Shown: positions 39,401 through 52,736 of the stretch, one piece after another
How positions within the stretch are numbered: the stretch's first letter is position 1
Layout of the letters: each line of letters opens with the position of its first letter
DNA from: Octopus sinensis
Lineage: Eukaryota
DNA length: 64,000 bases
Assembly (NCBI RefSeq): GCF_006345805.1
Contig: NC_043002.1
Span: 103,478,001 to 103,542,000, forward strand
Direction: 5' to 3'
Program-made: the position numbers and the translations under genes
The notes under the pieces: model-generated
The model's input: only the letters and a program-made list of their open reading frames with translations
The model's database searches: none
Told to the model about the DNA's origin: nothing

Positions 39401-40044
39401 GACAGTGATGTCATGGATCTCATTAAATGTCTGCAGAAATTCGGATGTATGTGTTTCATTATAAATTCACTCAAGAATTCTATTCATGTATCATGTTGGG
39501 ATAATCGTTGCTCTGACTACCAAAGCACTGAAATGTTATTATCTCATTCAATATCTCAGTGCTTTATATAAAGACGCGTTGTAATAGTCACTGATTAAAT
39601 CTTATTTACCATTTTCATCCTTTGGACTGACAAGGTGCGATAATAAAAAAAAAAACAATTATCAGGCAACCCCAAATCTTTTAAGAAAAGTGAATTATAT
39701 CTTGAGACCGGGGATGCTTTGAAGGATCCTGCTAACTATATATTAGTGTTAAGTCGGTTGACGGATTACCAGTGAAATGGGAAAATCCTGTCCGACGGGC
39801 TTCCGCCAACCAAATTTTATCTGGATAAAATGAATTGAAATATTGTAGGCTATGATATTAAGAATATTAAGAGGAACGTAACCACGTATTTGCCAATCTA
39901 CAATCCCTTTTGAACACCTTTCTTTTGTATGACTATCATATATATTTACATCATTAATAAATATATCAAGCATGGACCTCCTCGGGCTCGCTCTCACTTC
40001 TCTCAATATTATCAAATGATTCAAGGCTGTTAGGTAAGAGAATT

Positions 40045-40310
40045 GTTACTGCGCCGGGCAAAATGCTTAGCGGTATTTCGTCTGCCGCTACGTTCTGAGT
40101 TCAAATTCCGCCGAGGTCGACTTCACCTTTCATCCTTTCGTGGTCGATTAAATAAGTACCAGTTACGCACTGGAGTCGATATAATCGACTTAATCCGTTT
40201 GTCTGTCCTTGTTTGTCCCCTCTGTGTTTAGCCACTTCTGGGTAGTAAAGAAATAGGTATTTCGTTAGTCTTTAGGTCCCGAGTTCAAATTCAGCTTAGA
40301 TCGATTATGT
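40045..40310 (+). mobile_element. SINE family A (one unit plus the start of a second)
   Basis: GCGCCGGGCAAAATGCTTAGCGGTATTTCGTCTGCCGCTACGTTCTGAGTTCAAATTCC... Confidence 0.85.
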
Positions 40311-43254
40311 TTTTTTTTCCCTTTCAGAGACTATAGAATAAATACCATTTCAAAGTGTGGTCGATGGAATTGACTTACTCTGTTACACAGATGCTAAACG
40401 TAGAAAGATGATTCGCAAATATAGAATTCCGGATGCGGTAAAGAACGCCGTGTAGCAGAAGGCTAGAGGCGGTGGTGTGTTGGGGAGTTTGTCACTGGCT
40501 GGCCTTTTATCTATTATAGCCTAGGATGCACTTTTCACATGCCGCATCTAAACTGGCTCAAGTGGCGAAGCTATGTTGCTTTGTAAGACATATTTGTAAG
40601 ACAGCCTTTAGTAGTTCAAGTTTTTCCTTCCTCAAGATAATGCTTCATCTTATGGGTGAAGTTTCTTTGCATTGATATGAATACTATATAATTACGAAGG
40701 ACCATCTACAATCGATATCTCGATAATAAAGGCGTGATTAAAATCATCATCCAGGTAAATGTGGGTCTGCCATGAAAATGGAGGCCTATATTTGAACACC
40801 GACAAATTCAAGATTGTGATTGTGGAGCTAATGAGAGCCCAGAGGTTCTACGTGTCTACCAGATCTGACATTGATCGCAATATTCTCTATTGACTACAAT
40901 TAATCCAGAAATTGAATAAAATCCGTCGAAGGTCGTGAATGAGTCACTTAGTGATAAGAGTCTGAAAATATCAGAGTTGGCCGCAGAATGCAAACATGAA
41001 GCAGGTGTCACCGCTGGTCATTTTAGTGGCACAGAACGGCTGTGAAGTACAATTGCTGAATACTGAAGAGCGGAAAAGAGTCAGGTGAAGGTATTTGTCC
41101 CTTATGCTGAGAGTCAGTAACTTCAGGTGCAGGTGTTTGCCACTTATGTTGAGAACTCTGCGGAACGCCTGAAGAACGATATACTTCATGGACTAAAATT
41201 ATTGAAAATCGATTACGTATGCAGATAATCTGACCACTTCATTTAGATATTTTACCACAACACGAATAACAATTTCTTCGCTGGAATATCTAGATGCAGG
41301 ATAATTCTGTCCAAGAGTATTCGTTCCAAACATATTCCTCTATTCAGTCCATGAAATGCATCGTTCTTCAGGCGTTCTACAGAGTTCTCTGCATAAGGGG
41401 CAAGCATCTGCACCCGAATCTAGTGACACCAACACTGGCTATTAACATGCAACTAACACATACTCTCGTTATCTTTATTCTTTCATTTTGGTGACAGTTA
41501 ATTACTCATGACATGTTTCAGAGCTTTCGAGTTTTCGAGAATTGTGGATGGCAGACAGAAATGCATTCCCAAAGTTATAAGTTGGCCTTAAAGCTTTGAA
41601 AATAATGACCTGGGCTAAAAGGTATCAAGCCACCAGATGGTGGTATTAAAATGGGGGACGGTAAACATCTTCCACACAGTAGGGTTATAACGGGATTTGA
41701 ACTCAGAACGCGATAAGGCGATACAAATACTTCAAGATATCGGCTTCAATGCTTTTACAGCTCTGCTAAGCCATCGACTTCATTTAGAACTTTTCTTTCA
41801 TCGTTCTCGAAAGGATAAATAAAGAGTTGATCATTGAGAGATTTGACCTCGGAGTGCAAAAATAGGAAAAAAATGTGAAGCGGTCTATGTGATGCACTAT
41901 CGTTTTGCCAGTTTTACGCATTGAGGGAACATACTTACTTGGCCCAATTTCGAGCAAGCGTTGGCACTTGCCTGTGATAGTTCCGCTCCTGTCAGAGATT
42001 GACTGTTATGTGATGTTTACAGTGATTATATATTTATGCTGTTGAGACAGCAATATTAAGGTCATTCTAAAGACTAAACTTGAGTTAGCTGTACATGGTA
42101 AAAGTGCAGATTTGAGGTGAACTGATTTGGTTTCATAGGTAGCTCACGAATGTATGTGTACATCATTCATTTTCTCTTTCTCATTTTAATTTAGGAAAAA
42201 AAACAACATTTGAGCGCTCAACTACTTGGTAGCAAGTTTGAGAAAGAAAGCATCTTATTTTAAACGTCATCCTTGAAGCCTTAAGAAGTTTTTGAAAGCT
42301 TTTTTGGTCCCAGATATTCTGATCATTTGTTGCGTATGAACTAAGGATTTACGTTCTCACCCATTATTATAAGTTCATACTTTACTCCAAACGAGTTATT
42401 ATACATAGATTAGCGCTGATGATAACAGGTTGGAGTTGAAAGTATTTGTTGTGTACTGGATTTGCAAACTCCTTATCAATGGTCCGTATATCTTCTCTTT
42501 CTCTTGATTTATTCTCAGCCCATTGGTGTCCAATGAGCAGCTGATTTCTGACGCAGAACATATCCTTGTCTCCCCACGCAACATATATGTCCGGTTATAT
42601 TTTAATACTGTGGCTGCTTTAGTTTTGAAATTCCACCAATATTCCTTTGGCCCATGTGTCTCAATACGGTTAACTTCATTCGTAGGGCTTTCCTTCTCAT
42701 TATCAGTTCCCAGACTGTTATAGACACCGTATCATGCTTCATGGTATGATAACATCTGGAAGACATGCTCTAACAGTTGATAATAATATGATGAAATTCT
42801 TAAGTATAAATGTATGTATGTATCATGCGCGGGGACATAGAAATAATCGGACTGAATACCCGATCGCGCGGTTAAACCATTGGGAGTGAAGGACTCCTAG
42901 CCTTTGTTAGGGCATCCTTCTAGGAGAAGGTAACTCAGGTAACTCAGGTAACTGGGATAACTCCGACATAAACCTGCGGCTCAGTGGTTACCGACGATGT
43001 TGACTTGTTCTTATTTTCGGATTATGGCTGCTGTTGCTTTGTGAGTGGGATTGACTCAGTGCACAGCCTTTCCTCACTTAAAAAAAATCTTCTTGCACAG
43101 GCATTGCACGATAACAACATTGATTAAGCTTCGTGCAATGGCCATACTCGATAACGAGGGGGCAGCCACCATGTATGTATATGTGTTTGCGTGCAAACAT
43201 GCATCATTGCATGCATGTATAGATTGATAAATAGTAGATAGATTGATATATAGA

Positions 43255-43318
43255 TACATACATACATACATGCATACATACATACATACATACATACATA
43301 CATACATACATACATACA

Positions 43319-43352
<34 letters not shown>

Positions 43353-43375
43353 CATACATACATACATACATACAT
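43255..43375. repeat. (TACA)n microsatellite
   Basis: Direct reading. Confidence 0.95.
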
Positions 43376-44850
43376 GCACAAGCGAATATTTTTGGCGACA
43401 TAAGTAAAACTTGAGACATAACAACGGTAATTGTGTCAGAAACACTCTCATCATAGAGCTGACTATATTTCGAAATGTTTATTCAGGCGTTTTTCACGTT
43501 GAAATTATTTTATAATATTGATTTAAATTTTGACACAATGCCAGCAATTTTGGGAAGATGGTAAGTCGAGAACTCGGAACGTAAAAACTAACGAAATACC
43601 GCTTAAGCGTTTTGCTCGGCGCAGTAACGTTCGGTCACCTCATCGTCTTCAATTATCTGAACATATTGTGGGAAATGAGAATCAGCACAAGGTTATCATT
43701 GCTCGATATATCTAGTAATGACATAAATATATTTTATGTTCATACAAATGGAAAATGAACAGACTGAATTGTGGATTGAAACATTTATGGTTACGTGCCT
43801 ATTAATATTTCCAAGGCAATGCGAGTGTAGAATATTCCCCCAAAACAAACAACAAGATGCGATGTTACTGAGTGGTAAACCTTTAAGATTTTGTACGGAG
43901 GGGTGCTCTGTAGGTATAGTGTATGAATAACAAGAGGGTGCTACAATCAAGTACAGTAGAATTCTCAATTTGAAGTGGCCCTTTGAGTTTTCGCTCTGTA
44001 TCAGCTTATGTATATCATGGTCATAACAAAGTTGGAGATCCGTGGAGTTTAAGAGAAATTTTGTGAGGTCGCTAATGGATGGAAGGATAATTCAGATATT
44101 TTGGAGGAGAGGAAAATGTCGTTTAGACCAACCCCGATATCAGATTACTAATCCGATTTCCGGGATCCATTAGGTTGAAAGCAAAACCAACTCTGATGAG
44201 ATTTAACAGACAGCATAAGAGAAGAAGCTATTCACGCACTCTACAAACGCGACCAATCCATCGACATCAGATATGTTCTTCTTATACTAATACAATAGTG
44301 CTGCAGCCAAATGTTTACTTTGACGCAATGCACACTTATACACACCCATTTATGATAACTTACAGAAAAGTACACAGATCGTTAAAATACAGAAATAAAT
44401 CCATTTAGAATGATTAAAAATATCTCTGGCTTCTGATTTATGACTTCTTAATTTCATTTCAATAATTTTATACTTCATGATATCTTCCAAACAACGATGC
44501 CTTCTCAAAATAATGGCAAATGGTTTCTTTTTTAGAATATTTATTGCTAATCATTTACCGTTATTGATTTTGGTTTTAATTTTCTGAAAGTTCATATCTA
44601 ATTATCATTAAATACTGCCAGTTAACTGCAGCAAAATTCTTCTTTCACACAGAATATATGACATCATGCTGACTTTAATGAAAAACGGAGGTATAATTCA
44701 CGTCATGGATGAACACGCGCATATATAAACACATGCGCATATATATATATATGTGTGTGTGTGTGTACAGAGAGAGATAGAGAATTCTATATTCGACAAC
44801 ATTTTGTCTGTAACATATACAATATATATATGCAAATATATATATTTATA

Positions 44851-45269
44851 TCTATAACGTAAAATCTGTTCTGTGTGTTTGTGTGTGTGTGTCTTCTCGG
44901 ATGTCGGGCATCCTCTATCCGATTGCGCTCAAATTTCATATGTAGATACCGACAGTATCAGGGCGTGTATAAGCCTTTGAAAAAATTACAAAAATCGATT
45001 CCAGGTGAGAATGCCATCGATAAAGCCGTTGGAACGTGCATTTGTCCGCGCAAGTATTAGCTGTTGCAATCGATACAACGCGTATTCGAGAAAAATGCAC
45101 GTGCAGTTTGCGGAAAAAAGCCGGCCTGTTTGGTGTCTCAAATTTAGGGTTAAATCAGTATCTCTCAAAGGGGAGGACTATGGGACGGTCGGACAAGTTG
45201 TTTTGAGAAAATTTGGTTTAAATGTTTGACAACTCAACAACGTCCATTGGACGGGTGGCGTTTTGCTCG
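44851..45269 (+). mobile_element. Non-autonomous Helitron-like element
   Basis: A|TC 5' start; internal (TG)n and CCGATTGCGCTCAAATTT; subterminal hairpin CGTCC-ATT-GGACG; ends CTCG|T (canonical CTRR). Confidence 0.6.
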
Positions 45270-45339
45270 TATATATATACATATATATAAATATATATAA
45301 ACATACCTATATATGTAAATATATATAAGTATATATATA

Positions 45340-45393
<54 letters not shown>

Positions 45394-45415
45394 TACATAT
45401 ATATACACACATACA

Positions 45416-45894
45416 TCAACAGTTCTATGGTTTCAACTAAGCTTTATTGCCAATACTTCAACTGATAATGCAGGATTTTCTTCAAGGAGATCATCATCAA
45501 ACTCAACTGGGGGTCCTGTTCGATCTACATGTTCAAGGCTGAAATATCCACTTCTGAATTTTGCAAGCCATCTTCCGCAAGTTCTTTCATTCAAGCATTC
45601 TTTACCATAAAGTGAGTGTATGTTTAGAGTTGCTTCGGCTGCAGAGTTTCCTTTTTTGTACTTATAAAGCATTATGTTCCTCAAATGATCTTTGGATACT
45701 TCCATGTTAGAAAGGGCTTTAATCAAATAAATTTTAGTTCTATTATTCTGTAGAATAATATTTAATTCGTTTCAATGTAGTAAATAAGTGCATAAAAATA
45801 ATTTTAAATTCTATAAGACCTAAAATATTAGTTTATTAAATTTCTTTCAGTTTTAAAAAAGGCAAAATCGGACAGAGCTTAAGGGATGGCCTGA
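45416..45894 (-). mobile_element. Truncated mariner: 5' TIR plus N-terminal HTH of the transposase (ORF 45433-45726)
   Basis: HLRNIMLYKYKKGNSAAEATLNIHSLYGKECLNERTCGRWLAKFRSG...DRTGPP; end TCAGGCCATCCCTTAAG next to TA. Confidence 0.9.
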
Positions 45895-45967
45895 TATATA
45901 AACACACATGCACGCACACACACACGCACACACAAGCACACACAAGCACACACAAGCACACACACGC

Positions 45968-46025
<58 letters not shown>

Positions 46026-47437
46026 TCTATTTAGTTTTCTTTTATTTCAAGATGTTTTCCCAAGAAAGACAAACTAGGTTTCTAATCTACCTCAAGGGTC
46101 CTTCTTTTAAATTTCAAAATCAACTACCTGGTTTTCTTGTTTGTGTGTGTATATATATATATGCACTTATATATACGCACATATAAGCATGCATACATAC
46201 ATATATATATATATAAATATATATATATATATGCACATATATATATGTATATATGTATGTATATAGGTATGCATCAGTGCAGATTTGTATGCTTTGTTTT
46301 AGGTATGTATTCTCTTGCATATAGTTGCATATCATGACACGCTCATCATATATGTTTAAATATGTTTAAATATGTATGTATGTATGTATGTATGAGTATC
46401 GCCATCGCCATCATTACCACCGTCACCATTTCAAGTCTACGTTCCATGCGGCATGTGTTAGACGATTTAATACGACCAGGATGATTCAAAGCCTACACAG
46501 TCCTTCAGGGTCTGTTTTAACATGGCTTCATAAATTCTTCATTCTGCGGCTGGATACCATTCTTAACGCCAACTACTTTAAAGCATGCATGGGCTATTGT
46601 TTACATGATACCAGTTTTAGCAATGTTGTCATGCGTGACTATGAAACCCGATGTGGGGTAGGTAGCTTTATCGAAGGAGATTAGATGTTGCAGTCTGACA
46701 CACAGGTCTGAGCATATTCTTTTTGTAGAAGAACTGCTTGGTTACATTTTCAAAAAAGAGGGTGAGGAAATCCTGCAAGAGCGGCATAAAGAAAAATATA
46801 GTAATCATAAAGTGTCCGTAGGGTTCCTCAAAGTATAATTTTAAGATCCGAAGCCTTTTTAAATCTGGAGGTTGACTATTGCAGTTTATGCGTATTGAGG
46901 AAGTAATATTCGAAAACACCTCGAGAATTTGACTCTTTGGAAATTAGACAAGAGTTTTTCAATAATCGTATTTTGATTATTTTGTGCAAAATACTTGATA
47001 TTCTCATCTATAAATATTACAAAACTGTCGATTAAAATTTGCTACTGTACATATTTGAAAAATTGTAAAAGTTTTAAGATTTGGTACAACCGTAATGTAG
47101 GAAATACATTCCAATCTAGACATACTTCAATATATTGATATAGTCATATGTGAATATGTGATATTCGCCAGTTAATATCTTATAATGACAAATGCCAGAG
47201 GCTGGTGCATAATGTTATATTACACTGAAATTAATATAGTAACAACTGGAGGAATCATTGTTGGGGGATGCATTTCTGACACCAGATCAATTACTTTTAT
47301 CGGTATTGATAATATTCCTGTGTGTAGATTCTCTAGAAATATATGTATACCACTGTTTCTCTGGTATCTGAAGGCTTATATGTGTTGGTACATAAAGGAA
47401 GGATGTTCGGTGATAGAAACGTCTTCATATACTTACA

Positions 47438-47477
<40 letters not shown>

Positions 47478-47496
47478 CACTTACATACATATAAAG

Positions 47497-47563
<67 letters not shown>

Positions 47564-47697
47564 GTATGTATTACGAGTGTGTGTGTATGTCTTTGTGTAT
47601 ATATACACACACGCACAACCACACATATACGCTCACATTAGATGTGTATGTTACGTACACACGTATGTACCTATGCATTTCAGCGTATGTACCTGTG

Positions 47698-47729
<32 letters not shown>

Positions 47730-48918
47730 CGCGCGCGCGCGCGCACACATATGCTTTTATTTTGCCGTAAATATCCCTAAGATAGAATTCATTTGATAAC
47801 CCATACTGGAAAAAAAGAAACAACATTTTTTGATAGAGTCTTGTTATGCATATTTAGAAGAGACGTGTACGCCCGTTGGTTAGCGGGAATGTTTGTAACG
47901 GCTTAACTGGTTCTGAAAAGAACAAGGTTTGTGATATAACTGCAGGTTAATTTAATTTGAATTTATTGAAAATCTTACAGAATTTACGATCTGCAAAATT
48001 ATACTTATTTATAAATATTAGAAAATCCTTAAAACACGAAAACGTACACTTAAGTTGTGTACAGAATTGCACGATGTAATCTTTCGTGTTCTTTGCTATT
48101 ATTACATTTAGAAATATTTGTGCTTTTCTTTATATAATGAAATCTATGCTTGTAGCTAGTAACATTTAATACACCAGTGTAACAACGAGTAGATTAAATT
48201 ATTCCTTCTTCGAGTATACAAGACATATATTGGAACTGGTGCTACTAAATTTTAGGATATTTCAGGCTATGGTTGGATTTCAAATTATATTGGTGCATTG
48301 GACGTATTTATTGCACTTAATTTTGTAGAAGTGTTTAGCAGCGCTTTAATCCCAAATTAAATATAAGAAGTCGCTATACTTTAATATGTAATCGTCTGTA
48401 ATCAGTAACTAATATTTGCTGTCGCTACAAACTGAATACTATTAAATGTTCTTTTCATATTTTGATTCACTTTTGTACCTCTTGATTTATGCCATTTATC
48501 TTTCCGCGATATACCATGCCTTTCAAATGCCCCCAAAGAGAGATATCAAGACGGGTCAGATCAAGGGGTCTAGGGGATCTTATAAACTGTTTCCTATGTA
48601 TGGATACTTTTGAATCAGCCTGTATATTTGAATATAGGTTAAAATCAATAATAAATTTACCAGCTTTTCAGTGGGGAAATAAAAGCCTTATAGGTACATT
48701 TAAAAAAATATTTTATCATTATATAACAAGAGGTCGGATTTACGCCTCACCAAGCACTGCTAGAAAGAGACACTAAAGCTACTATTACAACCTTAAAATC
48801 TCGGAGATTTTAAGGTGGTAACAGGAGCTTTAGCGTCTATCTCTAGCAGTGCGTGGTGTGGCGTAAAGCCGACCTCATGTTATAATTACGCATAGAATTA
48901 TAAAATATTATGTATGTA

Positions 48919-48957
<39 letters not shown>

Positions 48958-48967
48958 TATATATATA

Positions 48968-49315
48968 TACGCCCACTAAGATAAGTTCAATTGTCTAAAG
49001 TCGTAAGACACACGCTGTTTTTGTCCCGTTATTACCATTCTTGTTTTTTGTATTTATATTCGTGTGGCATCGTCCGTTTTTCTGTCCTTGTTTCGTATAC
49101 ATTCGATCCTCTTTCTAAGAAATCTAATGCTCGCAGTTTAGTTTTCCTTGGGTCTAGCCGGATCTGAGCGATATCAGGATCAATTAGCCGAAATTTGCTA
49201 GGACGATCCGGGTCCTGACTGAAGATTAGAGGCTTCGAATGACCCGTCTGTTCTTTGTGTCGTCTCTTTGTGTTTTTTGCGTTCTTGTCCCATTTTGTAT
49301 TTTATATATATATTT
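48968..49315 (+). mobile_element. Repeat family Q
   Basis: Homology to 15198-15540; TA flanks. Confidence 0.7.
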
Positions 49316-49327
49316 TTTATACATATA

Positions 49328-49368
<41 letters not shown>

Positions 49369-49370
<2 letters not shown>

Positions 49371-50127
49371 ATTTCCTGGTGCAGGCTTGAACAGACTTGT
49401 CCAGGCTAATGGACAAGACTGTTGTAATGTTCCAGGCTGCACCATCTTGAGCATTGAGGCGATGTTGCACAAGCACCGGTTGCGTTGGACTGGACACCTT
49501 ATTAGAATGAAGGATAGAATGATTCCTAAGCAGATACTCTATGGAGAACTTGTGAATGGAAGGAGACTCCGGCAGAAACCAAGGCTACGATTTAAGGACT
49601 GTGTCAAGTCCTAATTAAAGGCCTGTGATATGCAGGACACTGACTGGGAGAACAATGCTTGTCATCACCACAGATGGAGGAAGCAGGTTAAGGAGGGTAT
49701 CGACACTTTTGAGAGAGCACGTATCCAGCATTAAGAAATTAAGCGAGCTGCGCGAAACCGCACGGCTCGTATAGTGAATGGGGAAAGCTTGGTCTGTAAT
49801 GTTTGCAGTCGTGTATGCTTATTATATTAGCCACCATACATCATGTTATACGTATATTATTACACGTGTATTATATTATACGTGTAATATACGTGTAATA
49901 TATTACACGTGAATTATATTATACGTGTATTATATTTACACGTATATTATTATATGTATATTATATTATACGTGTATTATATTAGCCACCATACACCATA
50001 TTATACGTGTATGCTTATCATATTAGCCACCAACGAAGCTGCAAATGAAAATATAAGTTAGTCCTAGAGCGCACAATGTTCCTGAAGGTCGGCAATGGTC
50101 TTCCTCGGTTACAAGTGGACGGCCATC
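49369..50127 (+). pseudogene. RTE-clade LINE 3' end, interrupted by a minisatellite
   Basis: SIEAMLHKHRLRWTGHLIRMKDRMIPKQILYGELVNGRRLRQKPRLRFKDCVK...CNVCSRVCL/ISHQRSCK*; ends GGACGGCCATC then (TA)n. Confidence 0.9.
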
Positions 50128-50180
50128 ATATATATATATATATATATAATATATGCACATAAACACACACACACACACAC

Positions 50181-50222
<42 letters not shown>

Positions 50223-50362
50223 ATATATATGCGATGATTTTGTAAGTGGTGTCGTATTTAACAATTCTGTAAATAAGAATAAAGATTATATGCAACGGCC
50301 ATAAAATTGTTAAGGAAAATAGTCTAATTTTGAGGCATTTAACCCCACAACGAGAAAAAGTA

Positions 50363-50457
50363 AGGTTTTCCGTATGCGTGGGAATCGAACCTGCACCTCT
50401 ATAGATTCTCTAAATCATAGAGGTGTTGGCTCGAGTCCCTTGCGTGAGGAAAAACCT
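50363..50457. repeat. Fold-back of a tRNA-like B-box segment
   Basis: GGGAATCGAACCTGCACCTCTA / TAGAGGTGTTGGCTCGAGTCCC; outer AGGTTTTCC/GGAAAAACCT. Confidence 0.6.
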
Positions 50458-50615
50458 GCTTCATTCGATCGAGGGCCTAAATATCCCAATACTAGTCCAT
50501 TCTCTTTAGTCAGTTCACGGTGATATCTTATAAGCTTTAAGCCTATAAATTATTATGTATATATATATATATCAATAAATATATATATATATCTTTTATT
50601 CTTTAATATATTTCG

Positions 50616-50812
50616 TTTTGGGATTTGGTTTGCAAGATTCTTTATGTGAGTTCGCGTTTTGAAGCATAATCTGTTGTGTCTCGAGAGAGTCATTATCTTT
50701 TAGTGCCTTAGAATTTAACACACTCACCGGTAACATTTCCACTTCTTTCTTTTTTTTATTTTTCTAAAATGAGGCACTAAAAGAGAATGACTCTCCCCAG
50801 ACACAACAGAAT
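50616..50812. mobile_element. Fold-back family F copy
   Basis: Inverted arms TCTGTTGTGTCT...TTTTAGTGCCT/AGGCACTAAAAG...AGACACAACAGA. Confidence 0.8.
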
Positions 50813-50868
50813 ATATATAGATACACACACACACACAGACACACAGACACACACACACACCACATACG

Positions 50869-50906
<38 letters not shown>

Positions 50907-51050
50907 CAGAAATGCGCACAACCTTACATACACTTACATACATCTTTAGTTTATTAAAATTAATTATTTCGGCTACACGTTTGCAGAGTGGCATTCGTAA
51001 ATACATGTTTTGCGCGAGTTTTATAGTGTGTGTATGTGTGTGCGCGCATA

Positions 51051-51087
<37 letters not shown>

Positions 51088-52514
51088 GCGCGTGTTTGTG
51101 TCTGAGAACTGCGACACGGATTCAATATTTCATGGTGAACTACAGCAAGAGGAACGTTCCCGTTGACAGTGAGGAAGTATTACTTATGTTCCCAACTCCA
51201 TTAAGAATCTATAATAAACCATGCTCACGTTTAAAAGGCGATGATATACGCGCCACAGCCAAGCATCTGTCATCTCGTTATATATATCATGATTAGGATT
51301 AGCTGAGAGAAAAAAGGTTAGGCGCCTCCAGTAATGATGAAATGTAGCATTAAAAAAGAAATTCTCTTCATGATTATCAACCATCTAAATTACGTTGCTA
51401 AACTTTGTTTGTTTTACATATTTGTTTAATTATATTTACACTGTAGGATGATAGTATCTTTGCGAACGGCGATCGCAAATGCTGATATCAAAGCTCAGTC
51501 GTTTATCAGTCGTAAATAGGTAGGCGTTCTATTAGTAAATATCAGTGTTAATGTCTTAATCAAGCAGCAATCATTTAATGACGTAGTCGCTGCTATAGAA
51601 ACATAAAATTTATTTCTTTTTGTTCTTTTCTTTCTCTGTGTGTTTGAAAAGAAAAAGGAAAATGACAAATCTAAAGCGGAGTACTAAGTCACACTCTGTC
51701 ACTTTGGATCCACTGCTGGAGGGGACTTTCGTAGAAAGCAACAAAATAGAAAACTTTCCTATCTCAATATTGCCGTCTTTCTATATCATACTGCACTGAT
51801 ACGAGTTCAAATTCTCACTCTTGCAGTTTATCAATCGACCTCCACCTGCAGAAACCAATATTTTTCTAATATAGGCACAAAGGCCTCCTGAATGCTAAAG
51901 AGAGAAGTCAAGACGAATCCATCGATCACATTTCTCCAATGATAATTATTCTGTAGGCAATGTGAACCTAAGCAGAACCTGAACTCAGAACGTAAAGCAG
52001 GAAGAAAAGCCACCGATTTTCGCCCGCTCTACTATCGATTCCGCCATTTAACCGCCTTACAAATCATGAATGATAAAATGTCAACAATTACTAATGTATG
52101 AAGTCGTGGTTTATCTGCACCCAAAGCAAATTATTCCATATTTTTGAAACTCAAAACCGCGTGATTGACAATATTTCTGATGGAGTTCAATAGAGTAATC
52201 TCTCGCCATATCGCGGCTCACCTGTAGCGCACTCAGTTCATCGCAGATTTTTCTGGCTAATATTGTTAAATTTATATCGCGGATTCATCAGTATATCGCG
52301 GTTTTCTGCAGCTGATAATTATTGATAATATTTTTTAGATATTAATTATCTCTGTGGGTGGATTTTGCAACGTAAATCCTTCCATAGTCGAGGGATTACT
52401 GCAGTATACCTTGGCATTCTGAGTTCACATAATTCCTATCAACACAACAAGTAACTGTGAAGTGTTGGTTTAATTCAAAGTACGCAATCGTATATACAGA
52501 TATTGTACTAGGTG

Positions 52515-52656
52515 CAGTCTTAGGTTTGTGGTTAAGAAAGCTGCTCGCCAAAATTTTCGGGTTTGGTTCCACTGTATAAGAATTTTCTTGTATAGCCCTG
52601 GCCGAACAAAAGCTTGTAAGATAATTTAGTAGACGCTAACTGTGCCAAAGCTCGAA

Positions 52657-52660
<4 letters not shown>
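52515..52660 (+). mobile_element. Decayed SINE family B head
   Basis: GTGGTTAAGAAAGCTGCTCG...GGGTTTGGTTCCACTG...TATAGCCCTGGCCGAACAAAAGCTTGT. Confidence 0.6.

Positions 52661-52736
<76 letters not shown>

Noticed and set aside
39016-39474. Minus-strand ORF pair as host exons
   Set aside because: No recognisable domain or splice context; the opposite strand weakly resembles a decayed RT.
42925-42960. AGGTAACTC x3, and TGATATAAAA x3 at about 11130-11160
   Set aside because: Trivial local slippage duplications.
47385-47430. GAAACGTC half-hammerhead next to (TA)n
   Set aside because: No CUGANGA-like core upstream.
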